Shown here in pieces: positions 13,794 to 16,431 of a stretch of DNA of 16,431 bases. The first letter of the stretch is position 1. The number at the start of each line of letters is the position of its first letter. The position numbers were made by a program, and so were the translations under genes. The stretch is from Candidatus Iainarchaeum sp. Lineage in GTDB: Archaea; Iainarchaeota; Iainarchaeia; Iainarchaeales; 0-14-0-20-30-16. Location of the stretch: assembly GCA_903916665.1 (NCBI GenBank), contig CAIWXP010000170.1:1-16431 (forward strand), given 5' to 3'. A model generated the notes under the pieces. The model had not been told where the DNA came from. It searched no databases and saw nothing but the letters and a program-made list of their open reading frames with translations.

Positions 13794-16091
13794 ATGATAA
13801 AGAAAGAAATTTTATTTTTTAAAGAAATAAATAAAACCATGATACCTGAAGTTGGTGGAAAGGGTGCAAATTTAGGAGAAATGTCAAATCATAAATTTCC
13901 AATACCCTATGGTTTTGTTGTTACATCCTATGCCTATGAAAAAAATGCAATTGATTGTAAAATATTAAAAAAAATTGAAGAATTAGAAAAAAATGTTGAT
14001 GTAAATAATATGAAAGAATTGAATAAAAAAAGTGAAGAATTAAAAAAATTAATAATGGGTTCAAAAATAAGTTCAGAATTACAAACTAAAATTACAACTG
14101 CCTACGATAAACTAGGAAAAAATGTTTTAGTTGCAGTTAGAAGTTCAGCAACTGCAGAAGATTTACCTGGTGCAAGTTTTGCAGGACAACAGGATACATT
14201 TTTAAATGTTCAGGGTAAAGATAAATTATTAGAATATGTAAAAAGATGTTGGGCATCATTATTTAATCCGAGAGCTATTTTTTATAGACACAAACAAGGC
14301 TTTAATATTGAACAGGTTAAATTAGCAGTTGTTGTTCAACAACAAATTGGCTCAGAAATTTCCGGAATAATGTTTACTGCAAATCCAACCACAAGTAATG
14401 TAAGCGAAATTGTTGTTGAAGCTGTTTATGGTTTGGGAGAAGCAATTGTTTCAGGTAGTGTAACACCAGATACATTTATTATTGATAAAAAAACAATGAA
14501 AATAAAAACAAGAGCAATTAGTAAACAAACTTGGAAATTAATTAGAGATATGAAAGGAACAACAAAAAAAGAAACTGTTGCAACAAACATACAATCAAAA
14601 CAAAAAGTTTCGGATGCAATTGTTTTACAATATGCAAAAATTGGTGCTGCCATTGAAAAACATTATAAATGTCCACAGGATATTGAATGGGCAATAGAAA
14701 AAAATAAATTATATATCGTTCAAGCAAGACCAATAACTACATTGAATGCAGAAAATAAACAAACTAGTACAGGAAGTAGTATTACTGCCAAAGCAATTTT
14801 ATCTGGATTAGGAGCTAGTTCAGGAATAAAATCAGGTCCTGTAACAATTGTTCATAATTTAAAAGAATTGGATAAAGTAAAAACAGGAGATGTAATGGTT
14901 ACAAAAATGACTACTCCTGATATGGTTCCTCAAATGAAAAAAGCCATTGCAATTGTTACTGATGAGGGAGGAATAACCTGTCATGCAGCAATAGTTTCTC
15001 GTGAATTAGGAATTCCTGCCGTTGTAGGAACAGAAACTGCAACTAAAGTATTAAAAGATAAGGAAATAATTACTGTTGATGCAAATAATGGAAAAGTTTA
15101 CAAAGGACAGGTAATCCATAAAGACAATGTTGTTGAAATGCACAAAGAATTAAATTTAAAAAGTTTTGATTTTGTAACATCAACAAAAGTAAAAGTAAAT
15201 TTAGCATTTAGTGATGCGGCACAAAGAGCTGCCGATACACACCCAGACGGAATTGGATTAATGCGAGCAGAACATATTTTAACGGCTGCAAAAGAACACC
15301 CTTATTATATGATAAAAAAAGGAAAATCAAAGGAATTACAAACTCTTTTAGAAACAGAATTAGAAAAAATTATGAAGCTATTCAAAAATAAGCCTGTTTA
15401 CTATAGAACTTTTGATGCACGAACAGATGAATATAGAAATATTAAAGGTGGAGAATTTGAACCTAAAGAAGATAACCCTATGCTAGGTTGGCACGGAATA
15501 AGAAGAGATTTGGATGAGCCTGAAATGTTAAAAACACAGTTTAGAGCAATTAGATCTTTAATTAAAAAAGGCTACACAAACATAGGTGTGATGGTTCCAT
15601 TTACACAAAATGTAAAAGAATACATAGAAACAAAAAAGATTGCAGAATTTGTGGGTTTAAGACCCCATAAAGATTGTTTCTTTGGTATTATGGTTGAAAC
15701 TCCTGGCTGTTCTTTAACAATTGAGGAATATATTGATGCAAAAATAGATTTTGTAAGTTTTGGAACCAATGATCTAACACAATTGACTTTGGGCTTAGAT
15801 AGAAACAACGATAAAATTCAAAAATGGTTTACTGAATTACACCCTGCAATATTAAAACAAATTGCCCATGTAATTAGCTATTGTAAACCTGTTGGTGTAA
15901 GAACCTCAATTTGTGGTCAAGCTGGATCAAACCCAATAATGGTTAAAGAATTAGTTAAGATGGGAATTGATAGTATTTCTGCAAATATTGATGCTGTTGA
16001 AAAAATAAGAGAAACAGTATACAATACAGAAAAAGAAATGATTCTTGATGCTGTTAAGAAACAAACTCTTTTAAAAAAGGCTAAATTCTAG
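13794..16091 (+). CDS. ppsA: Phosphoenolpyruvate synthase (pyruvate, water dikinase)
   Basis: 765 aa. The N-terminal ATP-grasp region has GGKGANLGEM and VAVRSSATAEDLPGASFAGQQDTFLNV. The phosphohistidine swivel domain has GGITCHAAIVSRELGIPAVVG. The C-terminal PEP-utilising TIM barrel has GIGLMRAEH, MVETP and SFGTNDLTQ. The SD GGAGG lies upstream. Confidence 0.95.
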   Translation: MIKKEILFFKEINKTMIPEVGGKGANLGEMSNHKFPIPYGFVVTSYAYEKNAIDCKILKKIEELEKNVDVNNMKELNKKSEELKKLIMGSKISSELQTKITTAYDKLGKNVLVAVRSSATAEDLPGASFAGQQDTFLNVQGKDKLLEYVKRCWASLFNPRAIFYRHKQGFNIEQVKLAVVVQQQIGSEISGIMFTANPTTSNVSEIVVEAVYGLGEAIVSGSVTPDTFIIDKKTMKIKTRAISKQTWKLIRDMKGTTKKETVATNIQSKQKVSDAIVLQYAKIGAAIEKHYKCPQDIEWAIEKNKLYIVQARPITTLNAENKQTSTGSSITAKAILSGLGASSGIKSGPVTIVHNLKELDKVKTGDVMVTKMTTPDMVPQMKKAIAIVTDEGGITCHAAIVSRELGIPAVVGTETATKVLKDKEIITVDANNGKVYKGQVIHKDNVVEMHKELNLKSFDFVTSTKVKVNLAFSDAAQRAADTHPDGIGLMRAEHILTAAKEHPYYMIKKGKSKELQTLLETELEKIMKLFKNKPVYYRTFDARTDEYRNIKGGEFEPKEDNPMLGWHGIRRDLDEPEMLKTQFRAIRSLIKKGYTNIGVMVPFTQNVKEYIETKKIAEFVGLRPHKDCFFGIMVETPGCSLTIEEYIDAKIDFVSFGTNDLTQLTLGLDRNNDKIQKWFTELHPAILKQIAHVISYCKPVGVRTSICGQAGSNPIMVKELVKMGIDSISANIDAVEKIRETVYNTEKEMILDAVKKQTLLKKAKF

Positions 16092-16127
16092 CCTTTTTAC
16101 CTTTTTCTTTTTACTTCCTTTTTTTAT
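16074..16127 (+). terminator. Hairpin overlapping the ppsA stop codon, followed by an extended T-rich region (convergent terminator zone)
   Basis: AAAAAGGCTA (16074-16083) pairs with TAGCCTTTTT (16089-16098) around the loop AATTC. ACCTTTTTCTTTTTACTTCCTTTTTTT follows. On the other strand, the same region could terminate the minus-strand ORF ending at 16131. Confidence 0.5.
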
Positions 16128-16130
16128 ATT

Positions 16131-16431
16131 TTATAATATTCCTCTAAGTTTAATGCTAGATATTGAAATATTATTTTTCGATGCTATTTTTACTATCTTT
16201 TTATGAATTAAATTAATATATTCTAAATTCACTTTTGTCATATATTTTATCCATATTTTTGTTATTTTATCAATATTAAAATTATCTGTATTTTTGTATT
16301 TGTTGTATAATTTTAAATTTTTTTGTTTTAAAACTTTTAATAATTCAAAAAACCATCTTGAATTTGGTAAAATAGTTGCCAATCTTCCTGCCACTCTATA
16401 TGCTCCACCAATTTTAGCAATTTTATCAAAA
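16131..16431 (-). CDS. Unknown-function ORF, probably truncated by the window edge
   Basis: The ORF track gives 87 aa from GTG 16394. The same frame stays open with no stop to the window end (upstream residues FDKIAKIGGAYR). The product is Lys/Asn/Ile-rich with no recognisable motif. Whether the gene starts at GTG 16394 or beyond the window cannot be decided here. Confidence 0.35.
   Translation of the reverse strand, partial: FDKIAKIGGAYRVAGRLATILPNSRWFFELLKVLKQKNLKLYNKYKNTDNFNIDKITKIWIKYMTKVNLEYINLIHKKIVKIASKNNISISSIKLRGIL

Noticed and set aside
1-16431. CRISPR arrays, transposases or integrases, prophage or defence-island signatures, rRNA and tRNA genes.
   Set aside because: Reading both strands, I saw no regularly spaced direct repeats, no terminal inverted repeats flanking a transposase-like ORF, no integrase or nuclease-helicase defence-type ORFs, and no GC-rich RNA-gene-like blocks other than 4158-4260.

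Overview
This is a visibly AT-rich window (roughly 30% G+C by eye, not computed) and it looks like archaeal chromosomal DNA. The archaeal call rests on a TFB gene, TTTATAWA TATA-like boxes upstream of genes, GGTGAT-type Shine-Dalgarno sites, a KaiC-like ATPase and a ThiI without a rhodanese domain. The small, compact genes and lysine-rich tails are compatible with a DPANN-type or other low-GC archaeon, but lineage cannot be proven from this window. I support 17 protein-coding genes, one of them cut by the window edge. In order they are: an alpha-helical repeat protein (-), tfb (+), a small membrane protein (+), thiI (-), a metal cluster (+), nth (+), an Fe-S operon (+), a HAD hydrolase and an N-terminally short NFACT/RqcH-like protein (-), a KaiC-like ATPase and ppsA (+), and a partial unknown ORF (-). 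The metal cluster is a membrane-tethered wHTH regulator, a MerT-like/HMA-like membrane protein, the CopA P1B-ATPase and a membrane-anchored DsbC-like oxidoreductase. The Fe-S operon is a Cys-rich ArsR-family regulator, iscS and an iscU-DUF1858 fusion. I found no rRNA, tRNA, CRISPR array, transposase or integrase. Most of the window is housekeeping. The best candidates for something undescribed are: (1) the non-canonical partner genes around copA; (2) the ArsR-type regulator heading the iscSU operon, together with the IscU-DUF1858-polylysine fusion; (3) a stand-alone C-terminal half of the ribosome-quality-control factor NFACT/RqcH. All functional ideas beyond motif-level homology are inference and are flagged as such.
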